DNA from: Phyllosticta citribraziliensis
Lineage: Eukaryota
DNA: 64,000 bases
Direction of reading: 5' to 3'
NCBI RefSeq assembly: GCF_038025025.1
Contig: NW_027117344.1
Coordinates: 744,001-808,000, forward strand
The position numbers were made by a program, and so were the translations under genes. Every line of letters begins with the position of its first letter. Position 1 is the first letter of the stretch. The notes under the pieces are model-generated. The model searched no databases. It worked only from the letters and a program-made list of their open reading frames with translations, and was not told where the DNA came from. Positions 34,290 through 47,139 of the stretch are shown here, in pieces.

Positions 34290-35134
34290 CTACCACTTCT
34301 CAACAGCCGGTCTGATGTCAACCTCCCAAGTGAAAGCAGTCCTTGGCTGTGTGTGCAAGTGCCAGTACGAGTCCGCAATCTAGACGAGCTTAGCACCGAT
34401 ATCAATCTGGCTTGAAAGGAATGACCTACCCCTTCAGCACTGATCTTGGCCTCAGGGCCCAAGTCCTTGAGCCACTCCTTGGTCCTCGGGATGTCAATGA
34501 CGCCGTCAATGATGGCATGGCTCACATGGACGCCCTTGGGACCAAACTCTCTCGCCAAACTCTGGCTCAAGCTCCTCACAGCCCACTTGCCCGTAGCAAA
34601 CGAAGACATGAGGGCAGACCCCTTGACCGATGCCGTTGCACCAGTGAAGATGAGGGACGGCGGGTGCTTGGATTTGGAGGTGGCATTGAGCAGTAGCGGG
34701 AGGGTGGCTTGCGAGAAGAGGAAGGCTCCACGTGCCGAAACATTCAGAGGAGTTTGGAATTCGTCTTCTGTGAGCTCGAGGAAGGGCTTCCGGGCGAAGC
34801 CGCCAGAGGCGTTAAAGATGGCTGCCTATACTGAGCTTAGTCGAGTAATCGAGAATGGAATGAAAGCTCCAAAACATACCGCAATGGAATAGTCCTTGCC
34901 AAACTCGTCGCCGATCTTGGAGAAGGCGGCCGTGACGCTGCTCGAGTCGGAGATGTCGGTCGAGATGCCAATCGCCTTGCCGCCGTTGCCATTGATCTCT
35001 TTGACCAGGTCGTTGTAGTTGTCCGGATTGCGGGCCAAGCAGACGACGGGGTACAGAGACGAGAACTTGCGCGCGACGGCTGCACCTGTTCCTGCGCCAA
35101 CGCCGGCAATGACTGCAATGAGAGCTGAAGACAT
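34290..35134 (-). CDS. Short-chain dehydrogenase/reductase. Exons 35134-34880, 34825-34430, 34379-34290
   Basis: Rossmann motif IAGVGAGTG; IFTGATASV; FATGKWAVRSLSQSLAREFGPKGVHV; IIDGVID; YWHLHTQP. Two canonical introns. Confidence 0.9.
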
Positions 35135-36285
35135 GGTGTTGATGGAGACCTTGCTGCAAAGTAATGTGCTTGGATGGGTAATTCCTGTAAGCTCCGTCGA
35201 ACTGTGGTTTTATATATCTCGTGTCAAAGGTCGATGTCGCGAGGCACAAGTTGCTGACGAGTAATCAGTGGGTTGGCGCCGCCCCCGCGCGTTATACAGT
35301 CCCGAACCCGTCGTTGATTTGTAAAGCTACCAATTGCGTCATTTACCCTAACGCGGCACGTTAGCTGTCTATCGATAAGGTTGACGATGCAGCAATAGCC
35401 GCGCAGGGCAAGGTGGAGTGTCAAATGTCAGTGCGTTGTCAATGGGATGGAGAGCTATGATTGGCAAGGGATGACTGTCCCTGTTTTCATAGGCCCTGAG
35501 CCAGTGAGCGATCTTCGACTTTGAGCCCAGGCGCATGACTTTGCGCCCCCTCGCGATTTGGCCGTTTCAAGCTGTGTAGCTCCAATTGCGTGTGCATCTA
35601 CCTATTCAGTTCGAGACACACCATTTTGTACCGACTGGATTCACTCTCCAGTACACTTTATGTTGTGCCATGAGCTCACGAGTAGGCTGCTTGCTCTGCG
35701 GAGAGTCCGCTCGCAGATATTGTAGACTTCTTAGACTAATGCTTGCTTGATCCTGGTATTTTCATTGAATAAACGATTGATGGGCAACAGACTGTCCGAA
35801 GCCCAAGTCTAAATTGTCTCTCACCATCAAACTATCCATGTCATTGGTAGCAACCTCGTGGACAGTCTGCAGGCAAGAAGTGGTCTCGAAAGACAGTATT
35901 TCGCTCTTCGCTAGTTGTTTAACTGCTTGCAGTCACGTTTGGAGCCTGCCGAGTAGATAGCTAGCAGTGGTTGCACTGAAGTCGAGAGGTTTTCGAGGCG
36001 TAAGGAGACAAGAGGCAGATTGAGCTTCCCAAGGTCTACAACATTAGCATCCTGTGTCTCACCAGAGTTGAACCCAAATGACGCCACAACTTGGACTTCT
36101 TTGATTGGTTTTGATGTCCACAATCCTCACGCCACCCACACTCGGGGCCGCACGACTCGATGTATTTGGAGACGCCGAATTGGTATGCATTCGTCCGATT
36201 GACACCATAAAAGCCAGACCGAGTCCTTTTGTCCGGCTCAACAAGCCTTGAGAAAATCATCAACCCATCACCTCTCCGACAGCAT

Positions 36286-36870
36286 TTATGCCTTCTGAGC
36301 CGCCTTCTTGGCCTCACGGCCCTTGCCCTTCCTCTCCAGGATCCTCTCGCGGTCCTTGTCGAGCTTGAGCTTGGTGACGACGACGTTGGAAGTAGCGAGG
36401 CCAATGGGGACGGCCTGACCGTTGGACTTGTCGCGGGTGAGACGCTCGACGTGGATGACGTACTTCAGGCGGTAGACGGAAGTGATCTTGCCCTCACGGC
36501 CCTTGTGGGTTCCCCGGACAACCGTGACCTCGTCGTCCTTGCGAACGGGGATGGAGCGGACCTGCTCGCGAGCATCATCAGCACGTGTCTTGTTTGCCGT
36601 GGCATCTCCGGGGACGCTCGGGGCGTTTTCCAAGATCCAGCAGCGCCTAAAAGCTCGAAATGGGTCGGGGTCGTACGTTGTACTTCTCGCGAAGCTCCTT
36701 GCTCAGGGGAGCGCTCATGATGGTGCGGCGGACGCTGGAGGGAGCGCCGAAGTGCGCCTTGCGCGACTTCCTCCGCGAGGAGGCGATGCCTGCGCGCAGA
36801 TGCGTTAGCGGAATGTCGTGACAATCGTCGCAGCCATGGGCGGCAGCGTACTCTGGTTGATCTTGGTCAT
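36286..36870 (-). CDS. RPL26: 60S ribosomal protein L26 (uL24). Exons 36870-36852, 36789-36677, 36561-36286
   Basis: [62 protein letters not shown]. Confidence 0.97.
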
Positions 36871-37329
36871 CGCGGAGGTGTTGGGTGGTGTTGTCGTAGG
36901 GCGGGTACTGGGTCGTCTCGTCGGCGTAAAAGGATGGTAGTGGGATTCCAAAATTGAAAGCTCGCTCCGCGCGGTGTTCGGAGAATAGTGTGTCCGTGCC
37001 GACAGTTGGGCGCCGCTTCCAGGAAGCTACCCGGCGACCTTGGCCAGGTATCCGTGCAACAAACTCCACGGCCGTCTCCTCCACCGCACCTCCGAAGCTC
37101 TCAGCACGTCCGCGCCATCCGAAAGCTTACGCGCCCGACTCCACCGTGTCCGCCTTCGTCGCCTACGCGCCGCGACGCGTCTTTTGTCCGATCTTCGCCA
37201 CCCTGCTTCTTTTGACACCTGGAGCACTATGACCAACGCCGTCTGCGTGCTTCAACTTTCCAGAGGCTAGACGCGGTTGTGAAGCCCTTGCAAAACCTAC
37301 ATTGGCCGTTACCCGTTTGTCAAAAGTAA

Positions 37330-40300
37330 ATGGCCCGTAATCAGACGTATTTCGGCGCAAATAGCCAGCAGCCAGCATCGCAGCAGTACAGCGACTATCA
37401 GCAAAGCTCGTCTGCGCCAACCACCGGTGGCCAGTACCCTTCCCAGGCCCAGCCGGCTTCTGATTCTTACACGTCCTACACTGCGCCGACGTACGCGTCG
37501 TCGGGCAACTACAACTACCCACCTGAATACTACGGCGCTACGGGTTATGGAACAGGAAGCACATCGACGGGCGCGGTCCGGAATACTGGGTCAACTGAGC
37601 TTCAACAACTTGCCTATGCATCCGGTCTGCACAATGCGAATCAGCGCTCTACCGCCCAAACTCCAGTGACCACGTCTCAAAATCCGCCATCGGCTGCTCA
37701 GTCGTACGACCACACAAGGACCTATTCCAACACTTCAAACACATCATTCGGCGCGGGGTTCAGTACCGGTACCCAGCAAACCAGGCCCAAAAGTGTAAAC
37801 TCACTCGCGGGAAGGACACAACAGCGCTCACCTGCGCTAAACACTAGGAATTTGAAAAGTCCAAGTGGATTGACTCAACCACCGGCGTTTACGAACCCAA
37901 GTCCAACACCAAAGCCAGTGGCACAACCGTCGTCACAATCTTCAACTCCACAGCTGCCCTCGGCGACATACGCCATTTCTCACCCACAAGCTCACGCTGT
38001 TGCGCCAGCCAGTACTTCTAATTACTCCAGCCGGCAGCTCCCTAACATAGCACAAGTGACCCAGACTCCGGGAACATCTGCCGCATCTTACCAGTGGAGT
38101 AGCGGCCAGCAAAATCAGACCACCGCAGCAGATCAACGTGGATTCGAGACGGTTGATCCAACCCAAGTATACGATCCTTGGCCAGAAATTCAGAGGAAAC
38201 GAGAAGCTTTGAGGGCAGCCAAAGAACTTGAGGAGCGAGCCCAAGCAGAGAGAAGAAGGGCTGAGCTGGAGGCTGAGGCAAAGAGACAAGAGGAAGTGCG
38301 CAAGGAGGAAGCACGGAAAGCCGAAGAGCAACGACAGATCGAGGAGCGCCGTCAGACCGAAGAAAAACGTCAAGAAGAAGCACGTCGCCAGGCTGAAGAA
38401 TTCCAGTTGCGTCGCCAGGCAGAGGAGCGGCGCCAGGCAGAGGAGTTAAAACAACAGGAAGAGCAACGGCAAACGGCTGTAGCTCAGCAGCAAGCAGCAA
38501 AAGCCTCTAACAAGGCGAAAAAGAAGGCTAATACCAAGAGCAAGATGTCGAAAGCCGCCGACAATCCCGTGCCACCGGCCGCCTCGTCAGAGGACACTGA
38601 GGCCCAAATACGAGAATTGATGGCGAAAATGCGTGTCTTGAATCAACAAGATCCGGCAACGCTGGCTCGCATATGGGAGGAAGAACGTAGGAGTCACTTG
38701 CCCCAGTCCCAAACGGCTTCAGGAAGCGGTCCAGCGCAATCCTCACGGCCTCAAAACCAAGCCACTCACCAGGCTCAGCCTGCTCGACAAACTGCAATAC
38801 CAGCCGCCCAAATCAATCAACCCCCACCTTCACAACATCTTCAACAAGCGCCGCCGCCACCGCCTCCGCACAACCTTTCACGACCAGCAGTGAGCCATGC
38901 TCCAAACCCACATCAGGCTCAAGTGAAGCCGCCTCCATCTGGGAACACAATGTGGCCAGCTGATAAAAAAGACCAAATCTCCAAAGCCGCCTCGAATTGG
39001 CTCAATGCTATTCCTGAAAACGCTGACAAGCAAGTTACCCCAGAAGAGATATGCACTCTCTTGAATTGCAACCCCAAGTACATCGAGTTGTGTCAGTGGC
39101 TCGAGTCTACAGGGTTGAAACTGGAGCGCGCATCCTTTGCGCGCTCTCTTCTGAGTGCTGTTCCTGACATCAATCAAGCCTCGACGCGTGCGCAACTGCC
39201 GACTGCTACGCAGGCAAATGGTGTTAACCCGCCACCAACAATAGATTTGACCAAAAGGCAGAATGGCCAGCCAATCAGTGCGAACACGCATGCTCATGCT
39301 CCGGCGGGTCATCCCCAAACGATGGCAGAGCAGTTGCAGGCCCAACAGCCGAACTATCCTCCTCCAGAGTCAACTCAAGTCAGTAGCCCGTACTTTGCGA
39401 CCGGCGCAACACCTACCCCCACTCAACCGGCTCTGCCGAAGCCACCTCCGCAGATTCCTGTCGCGCGTATGCCACACACCAGGCACGAATCTGGTACCGG
39501 TAGTCGTCAAGGTTCCGGGAGTAGGGAAACCAGTCTGAAACCGGCTACAAAGGCAGAGGCAGCACGGAAGCGCGACTTTGGCGAGATCATCGACTTGACG
39601 ACCCTTGATGACGACGAGGACGACGAGGACGATTTACCGCCTGCCAAAAAACAAGATACTGGTCCGCACGGGGACGTTGCACCCGCCTGGGCTTTGCCTT
39701 CCTCGGTCAGCAATCCGAACCAACCAACACCTCCGGCTGCACATCACACCAGCGTCCACGTAGCTGCTCCTGTTTTTTCCGCGGTCGAAGAGCGAACGAG
39801 GAACATGGAGGTTGTGCGGCCAATCGAGAAGAAGAATGCTCTGCGTCGCTCGGCTTACGACGTGAGGACGATTGCCAGAGACGTGCTTCTCGCGACGGGC
39901 AAGCATCCAGAAATGAGGCCACTGAATGGTCATCTGGACATCCTCAAAGAATCGTTCAAAAACATCGACAACAACTCGGACTTGAGCACAATTCGATGGG
40001 ATCTGATAGATCCTGGAGAGCCACCGGCAAATGCACTCGAGGCCAACGTCATTGAACTCGACGACGACGACGCTGATGAGGAGGAAGAGGAGTCGCCGCA
40101 GCAGCCAAAAGCTCGTCCGCCGCCCAAGGTTCACCCAAGTCTGGAGCATCGATCGGGCGCACCGAAGCAACTGCTCCCACGACCGCCAATACTTCCGAGC
40201 AACGCGACACCTGAGCATTCGTTTGCAGTTCCAAAGAAACGCGGGCCGGGAAGACCACCCAAAGCAGGGACACCAAAGAGTCCAGCGACAGCGCCGAACA

Positions 40301-41293
40301 GCTTCCCGTTTCGAGGCGCGGACGATCTTAGCGCCGACGCTCGGACCACTCCTATCCAACGCGACCGCGTCTCCCACGCCAGCCATCCGCGAACAACCCC
40401 ACGACCAACATCCACCCTCCAGTCGTCCACAATGGCCGAAGGCTCCCAATCTGCTGGCTCGCTCAGCGGATACTCTACTTTTCGCCAGCAGGAGCTCAAC
40501 CCAGACGGAACTCCGGTGCCCAAAAAGAAAGGCCGTCCTGTCGGATGGCGCAAGGCCATTCACAGTAAAGAAGCGCAGGCCCGGGCCGTCGGTCTCACGC
40601 CTGCAGAACTTGCCGCGCTGCAACCAACGTTCAAGTCTCCCGCAGGCGGCTCGCGTGCATCGAGCGTCGCATCGCGCCGTTCAGCTCCATACAGCGTTTT
40701 CAAGTGCCAGTGGGATGGATGCTCGTCGGAGCTTCACAACATGGAGACACTACGCAAACATGTCCTCAAATTCCATCAAGCCCAGAACCAGTTCAAGAAA
40801 TTTCCGTGCTTCTGGAAGGACTGTCGAGAGAATCACGAGAGCCTCGATCCGCGAACGGGCAAGCCCAATGGATTCTCCGTCCCCGAGGACTTTGCGGACC
40901 ATATGGAATTCGCACACCTTGGGCCCATGTCCTGGGAGCTCGGAGATGGCCAGGCTGGAGGCCTTTCGGGTTAGTCCTTGCATCTGTGTTGCATGGTTTT
41001 GTATATCACTCCGGGGTCTTTCTAGGCATGCTAATGGACATGGACGGTCAGAGTCGCAAGACTCGAGCAGTGAAGCCTATCTTTACGACCCCAAGACAGG
41101 TCGACAAGTGACACCGAAAATTGTCCCACGGAAAAGGGACGCCATGGCTGGCATGGTCAGCTCCGGTCCGGCTGTCAAGCTGAAAGGCAGGCCGCGAAAG
41201 GACGAAGGCTCTATGACAATTGAGGAGAAAGTCGCGGAGGCTCGGAGGCTCTTTGTGCAGCGTCGCGAGGAACAAGAGGATCATGACGATTGA
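37330..41293 (+). CDS. Large low-complexity nuclear protein with a coiled coil, AT-hook-like motifs and C-terminal C2H2 zinc finger(s). Exons 37330-40969, 41052-41293
   Basis: E/R/Q-rich coiled coil; KKRGPGRPPK and KKKGRPVGWRK; FKCQWDGCSSELHNMETLRKHVLKFH plus a second C-W-x-x-C...H..H. Intron GTTAGT..GCTAAT..CAG. Confidence 0.8.
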
Positions 41294-41694
41294 GAAGAGG
41301 ACTCCATATTTCAGAGCAGATTGTCGTGACCGGCAACGGGATTGGGATTCTGGCTGTTTGCCACAGGCAGCAGCAATTTCATCACTGGGCAGAGCTTAAA
41401 ACGGGTATGATAGATGATTTGGTAATTTCAAATACGGCTTCAGTCCAAGAAGCATTGATTCATTCCATGTCCTTGATTGATTTACTCCGCGAACGCCGTC
41501 CTAATTGAAGTTGAACTGGTATCTTCAACACTTTTGCATCCCCAGCGCTGCTCCTGCACAGCCGCTGTCATAATAGGAGGCGACCGACCGGACCATGACC
41601 GTCGGAATCTGCTCGCTCCTCCCGATCGCAAAATGGAGCGATGCCTGACATGCAGTTGTGGCCAAGTGTCCTTTGCAATCTGGCTGAGCTTCAT

Positions 41695-41859
41695 CTAGCT
41701 CCTTCCCTTTCCCGCGGGCAGCGCGTCTGCTTTGCGTTCTTTCGAGAGGGGCTCGGCGTCTTTGGCGTTGATTTCGAGGAAGTGGTACAGGACAATCATG
41801 AGCATGGCCGCGCTGCCGAGGAAAATGGCCAGCGTGTAAAGCCCCGTGTCGGTGATCAT
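41695..41859 (-). CDS. OST4: Oligosaccharyltransferase small subunit Ost4 (54 aa; absent from the ORF track)
   Basis: MITDTGLYTLAIFLGSAAMLMIVLYHFLEINAKDAEPLSKERKADALPAGKGRS*: a single TM helix with the MI(S/T)DxxL...IVxYH Ost4 pattern. Confidence 0.9.
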   Translation of the reverse strand: MITDTGLYTLAIFLGSAAMLMIVLYHFLEINAKDAEPLSKERKADALPAGKGRS

Positions 41860-42342
41860 GTTGGTCGGCGGATGCGGTGGAGGTTGCGGGAGAGAGCAGG
41901 GCGCGGAGGTCTGGAACGAGCGTTAGCAGGCGATCAGGAAACTGGAGGAGATTTGGCGTACCGGAGCTTTGGAGATTGGAGACTACAGACGAGGATTCAA
42001 TGATGAGTTTCGGCGTTGCGACAGTCGAGGGCTGGCGACAGCTATGCACACGTAAGAGGTCCGGGTACCTTAGCTGCGTCGTCGGGTAGCGCACAGGGCA
42101 CGCCTCATTCGCAGAACTGCAGGTGCCGGGCGGCCACACTCGTTGCATGTTTCGCAGCGGAAACGGATTATTCCGACACGCCCACCCCACGTCATTGAAC
42201 TGACTCTGACAATCCACACGCGCGGAGAACATCCACCACCACCACCCGAAAAAAAAGCTCGACCGCACCACCGGTGTCGACCCAGGACTTCATCCTTACC
42301 CTACTTGTCCCTCGAAGGAAGACCAGATCAAACACCGCCACC

Positions 42343-43454
42343 ATGCCGCCCAAAAAGCAGGACAACAAGCCCAAGGAGAAGAAGGTCGCGGTCGACAAGT
42401 CCTTTGGCATGAAGAACAAGAAGGGAGGAGCTGCTCAGAGGCAGATTGCGCAGCTCAAGGCCTCGTCTTCGAGCAACCTGTCGGCAGAAGAGAAGCGCAA
42501 GCAGGCCATGAAGGAGCAGCGCGAGAAGGAGAAGAAGGCAGCGGAGCAGGCGCAAAGAGAGGCGGCCGAGCTCTTCAAGCCTGTGCAAGTGCAAAAGGTG
42601 CCCTTTGGCGTCGACCCGAAGACCATTGTGTGCCAGTTCTTCAAGAAGGGCGGCTGCGATAAAGGTGAGTTTGATGCGATCGCCAGCAGCCCCGCCACGC
42701 GCGCGATGAGCATGATGATGGAATTGAAAATGGTCACGATTGGTTTACGTTGCTGACGCAAACGGCGCCATGTGCAGGCAAGAAATGCAAATTCTCGCAC
42801 GACCTCTCGGTGGAGCGCAAGGCCGAGAAGAAGAACCTCTACATCGACCCGCGGGAGCAGGAAGAAGAAGCCAGGAAGAAGGACGACATGTCCAACTGGG
42901 ACGAGGAGAAGCTGCGCGACGTGGTCAAGTCCAAACACGGCAACCCCAAGACGACGACGGACAAGGTGTGCAAGTTCTTTATCGCCGCCATCGAGGACCA
43001 AAAGTACGGCTGGTTCTGGGTGTGCCCCAACGGCGGCGACAAGTGCATGTACAGGCACATGCTGCCGCCGGGCTTCATCCTAAAGACCAAGGAGCAGCGC
43101 GCGGCCGAAAAGGCCGCCATGGACAAGAGCCCGCTGAACACGCTCACGCTCGAGGACTTTTTGGAGTCGGAGCGCCACAAGCTGAGCGGGCCTGGCACGC
43201 CCGTCACGCCCGAGTCGTTTGCCAAGTGGAAGAAGGAGCGCCTCGACAAGAAGGCCGCCGAGGAGGAGGCCAAGAAGATGAAGGAAGCCACCGGTCGTGC
43301 GCTGTTCGAGCAGGGCGACTGGGAGAACGAGAGCGAGGACGAGGGCGAGGACGACACCTGGAACCTCGAGGAGCTGCGGAAAGAGACGGATGCGCTGCGG
43401 GAAGAGAAGGAACAGGAGCGTTTGGCCAACGAATCAGGCGGAGGAGCCGTATAG
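42343..43454 (+). CDS. TMA46: Translation machinery-associated CCCH zinc-finger protein Tma46/DFRP1. Exons 42343-42664, 42778-43454
   Basis: DKSFGMKNKKG; QKVPFGVDPKTIVCQFFKKGGCDK|GKKCKFSH; VCKFFI..YGWFWVCPNGGDKCMYRH; TPVTPESFAKWK. Confidence 0.93.
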
Positions 43455-44073
43455 GGGGCGGCGGCCTCGATTGCCAATTTCTAAACCAAAAAATTACCAT
43501 CTTCTTTCGAGTTGGAGGGGAGCGGGGTCGGGAACTCGGTGGATACCTGGTGTTGCTGCTGCTGCGCGCGAAAAAAAATCCGGCCAAAGCGATACATGGC
43601 CTTTTGGGTTCGTCCTTTTGGCGTTGGCTTTTTTCGACATCTTTTGTTTGTCATTACTGCTGAGCATTTCTGCGGGGACCTGTCCTCCCATCAGCGGAGG
43701 ACCCTGGGGGAAAACACCATTTTTTTCTCTTCACCCCAGCGGTCAATTCGCTGTAGAGCAGGAATCGATCAGCCTTATTTAGCGGGGTAGATATATCTAT
43801 ACGGTGACTGGCAGTGTTTTCTCAGCTTCCAGATGGACCGTGTTTGAGAGGGATTCGGAGATATTATACAAGTCTATCTTACAAGTCTATTCTACATGAT
43901 ATGGGACGATTCCCGCATACTTACACGCTTTCTACTTTCTTGTCTAACATCTGGTCTGTCCATTGCCGTGGCGTTCATATCTCATAGCGGCGTCAAGAAA
44001 GGACAGGAGCGAGGCACGATTACGCAACCGGCATCCGTATCTCATCGCGTGTCTGCAGACGCGCCGCCTCCAC

Positions 44074-45880
44074 CTATCTCGACCTCTGCTCCGCCTCGGC
44101 CTCCTCAGCAGCCAGCTCAGCTTTCTCATCCGCCGTCAACTCACTCTTTGCAGGGCGAATCTTGACAAAGAGTGCCAGTATGACGAGTCCGGTCGCCGCA
44201 CACGCCAGCTCAAACCAAAAGACAACCTTGTAGCTCTCCCTCATTCCCCTGTGCTCCGTGTTTGCAGCGGCGACGTCGGCCCAGCCAAGGAAAATGGCGA
44301 TGGCCAGTTGAACGAGCGAGTTGATGAGGGCGCCAGCGAGGCCTTGGCGGCGCAGCGGCATGGCGGTCGTTATGAAGATGTTGGCGACGTTGAAGATCAC
44401 GTCGATGCCGACGGTAGCGCAAATCATCGAGGGAAAGACCCACGCCCAGTAGTTGGCGCCGTGGGGCGCCAGCGCGAACAGCAGCGGGCTGATGACGAAG
44501 GCCACGCCGGATATCATAATTAGCACGGTGCCGGGAAGGTGGTGAAGGACCATGCCGCCGACGGTTGAAATGATCATGCCTCCGACCGCCATGGGCGCGA
44601 ACCACGCGACTACCTGGAGCGGTGTGGCGCCCATGATGTTTTCCATGCTGTTGGAGAGTCAGTGACTGTGAAAACAGGAGGAACAGGGGTGGTCAACGTA
44701 CTAGTATGTGGCATAGAGGAGGAAAATACCAAAGCTGCCATAGCAGAAGAGTAGGGCGATGCATAGCGGACTCATGTACTTGACTTTGAAAACGTCAAAC
44801 GGCAAGAGTGGCTGCTCCGCAACCCAACCCTCGACGTACACAGCGGCAGCGAGGACGAGGATGCCGACAGCCAGCAGTGCCAGAATGTACGGCGTGGCCC
44901 AGCCATTTGGCGCACTCGCGCTGTCCGTAATCGCAAAGACGACCAGAATCAACCCGACCGACGACAGCACCGCGCCCCACCAGTCCATCTTGATGCCCAG
45001 GTCCCTGCGCGTCTGGCTGTCGGACGGAATGGCAAAGTAGGCGACGACGACGGTGCTGAGTGAGAGTATCGTGCCGATGAAGAAGTACCAGCGCCACGTG
45101 GTGAACTGGGCCGTGATGCCAGCGAAGAAGATGCCGCAGAAGAAGCCCAGCGGCGCCATGGCGCCGTACAGACTGAAGACGAGGTTCTTGCGCGGGCCCG
45201 GCCGGTAGAAGCTGCCCAGCAGCATGAGGCCTGTGGGCAGGTACGCAGCGGGCCCGAGGCCTTGCAGCGCGCGGCAAAAGTCCATCATCAGTTCGTTCTG
45301 CGACCATCCGCAGATGAAGGACCACAACGTGAACCAGACAATGCCGCCGACATAGACAGGGAAGCCGCCGTAGATGTCGCCGAGGCGGCCAAAGATGAGG
45401 AGGAAGCAAGCTACCACGAGCGAGAAGGCGTTCATGGGCCACGTGCTAGACGCTTTGGGGATATTCAGTTCACGGGAGACTGTCGGTAGGATGACGCTGA
45501 AGCCCGAAACAAAGTATTCCTGGTCCCACGTCAGTTGTGGTTGCTCAATGGACGGGGCTTGACCTACAGTCAAAAGTTGTGACATGGTCACCGAGTAGAT
45601 GAATCCAATCTCTGCCCATTTTGAACGAAAGACTTCTGGTCTTTGGCGACCCAGGCGCTCCAGGCGCGCCTCCGTAGATTCTTCGATGGAATCCAGAGAC
45701 GTTCTCTCCGCCTCTGGGATCTGAGGTTGATGCGCTCGCCCTGGAGACTCGGTACGTCTGTATAATGGCGTCAGTCTTGGCTCTCGTGACGACTTGGTGA
45801 CATACAAGAGCTCTGTGAACTTTGAGAAAAGGGCAAACAGACCTGGGCGCCCTCTCCGTGGTGTTGGGCTTGTCTACCAT
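44074..45880 (-). CDS. MFS drug:H+ antiporter (DHA2, Atr1-like). Exons 45880-45843, 45757-45568, 45519-44702, 44647-44074
   Basis: Many TM segments; GRLGDIYG (motif A); RALQGLG; YRPGPRKN..FSLYGAMAPLG; DWWGA; QGLAGAL. Three canonical introns. Confidence 0.9.
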
Positions 45881-47139
45881 TGTCAGGAGCGGCTCTTGAC
45901 AAGTTTGCTGTCACAAAAGACAACAGGGTGCAAGGAAGTGATTATTCGACTCTAAAAGTCTAAAACGGTTGATGTTATTGCAAGGTGCGCGAGTTCTTGG
46001 AATCCATAACAGCAGGACTTGCGAGTTGTAGTGAGTAATTCAAGAGACGACAGAGGCGTTTAAATAAGGCCCAAAAAAGTGTGTGTCAATAACCAAACGC
46101 TGTTGAATGACGCCCTCGAAGGCGGGACAGGCTTAGTCAAACAATTGCTGCTGGTCGATGCTAGGGCGCAAGGACGTGGGAAATTTGGACGAGGCAGGTG
46201 ACAGCGAACCAATCAGAAGCCAGTTTCGGTCCCGGTTAACTAACATCACCGCCGCCGGCAACCTCTCCGAGGAAATGGCATGCAGCTCTGCTTGCAATCG
46301 AATTGCTTAGAAATGGCTAATTATGATTGATCCAGGTCGCGTGGGTCTTGGTGGTTCAGTTTTGGAGTCGTGCAGCGGTGCCAGCATGAGCTGTGAAGCA
46401 ATCCATGCGCGTCTCTTGACGAGTGGTCATCGCCAACTGCTCTGCCGTCACCAGCAAGGTCCAGTCGAGTTTGGTGACTGTGCCCTGATTGACTTTGGTT
46501 CCGCGCTTCCAAGAAACTCTGACGTGCCGCTCGGGGTCTCCAATGGGCTCGACACCTCCTGGCCGGTGACAAAGAACCGGATGCGTCAAAGGGCGGCTAA
46601 ACGTGCATTGCTTGGCTGCCAGGAGAGCATTTCATGACAAAAGGAAACAGAATTTGTGGCGGCGACGACACGATGCCTTCCGGTTTGTTGTCGTAGAATT
46701 GTCGTGGGGAGTACACGCTTAGAAAACGCGAGTTGTCATCGGAGGGTTTCCGCCCTGTCCATGTCCCTGCGGTTGATCCGGGTCAGGGTCGGGCCCCGTC
46801 GCCCTAAGTTAAGTCGGTTTCCCGATTTTCCTGGCTGGCGTGGTTTGCTTGCATAGAACACAAGCTCATCGACAATATGTAAAACACAGCCCAGTGGTAT
46901 GGTGTTCCAGCAGCTACCGGCTTGTTCGAAACATAGACTGGTATAGATGACCCTCTTGTTTGTACGTCTTGGAACTCTATTGTATATGCTCGAAATCAGA
47001 ATTAGCAGTATCATTATGCGCAGTGAGCTGAGAGCTTTGCAGAATTACAAGGATGAAGACGCGAACAAAAAACCAACGGGGCCAGCCCACCCAGGGCGAA
47101 TGTACACTTGCCAGTCACGAACCTCCTTGTCCTTCACCA

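Noticed and set aside
42705..42757. Possible C/D snoRNA (ATGATGA ... CTGA) in the TMA46 intron
   Set aside because: The boxes are only ~45 nt apart and the CTGA is part of the branch point (GCTGAC).
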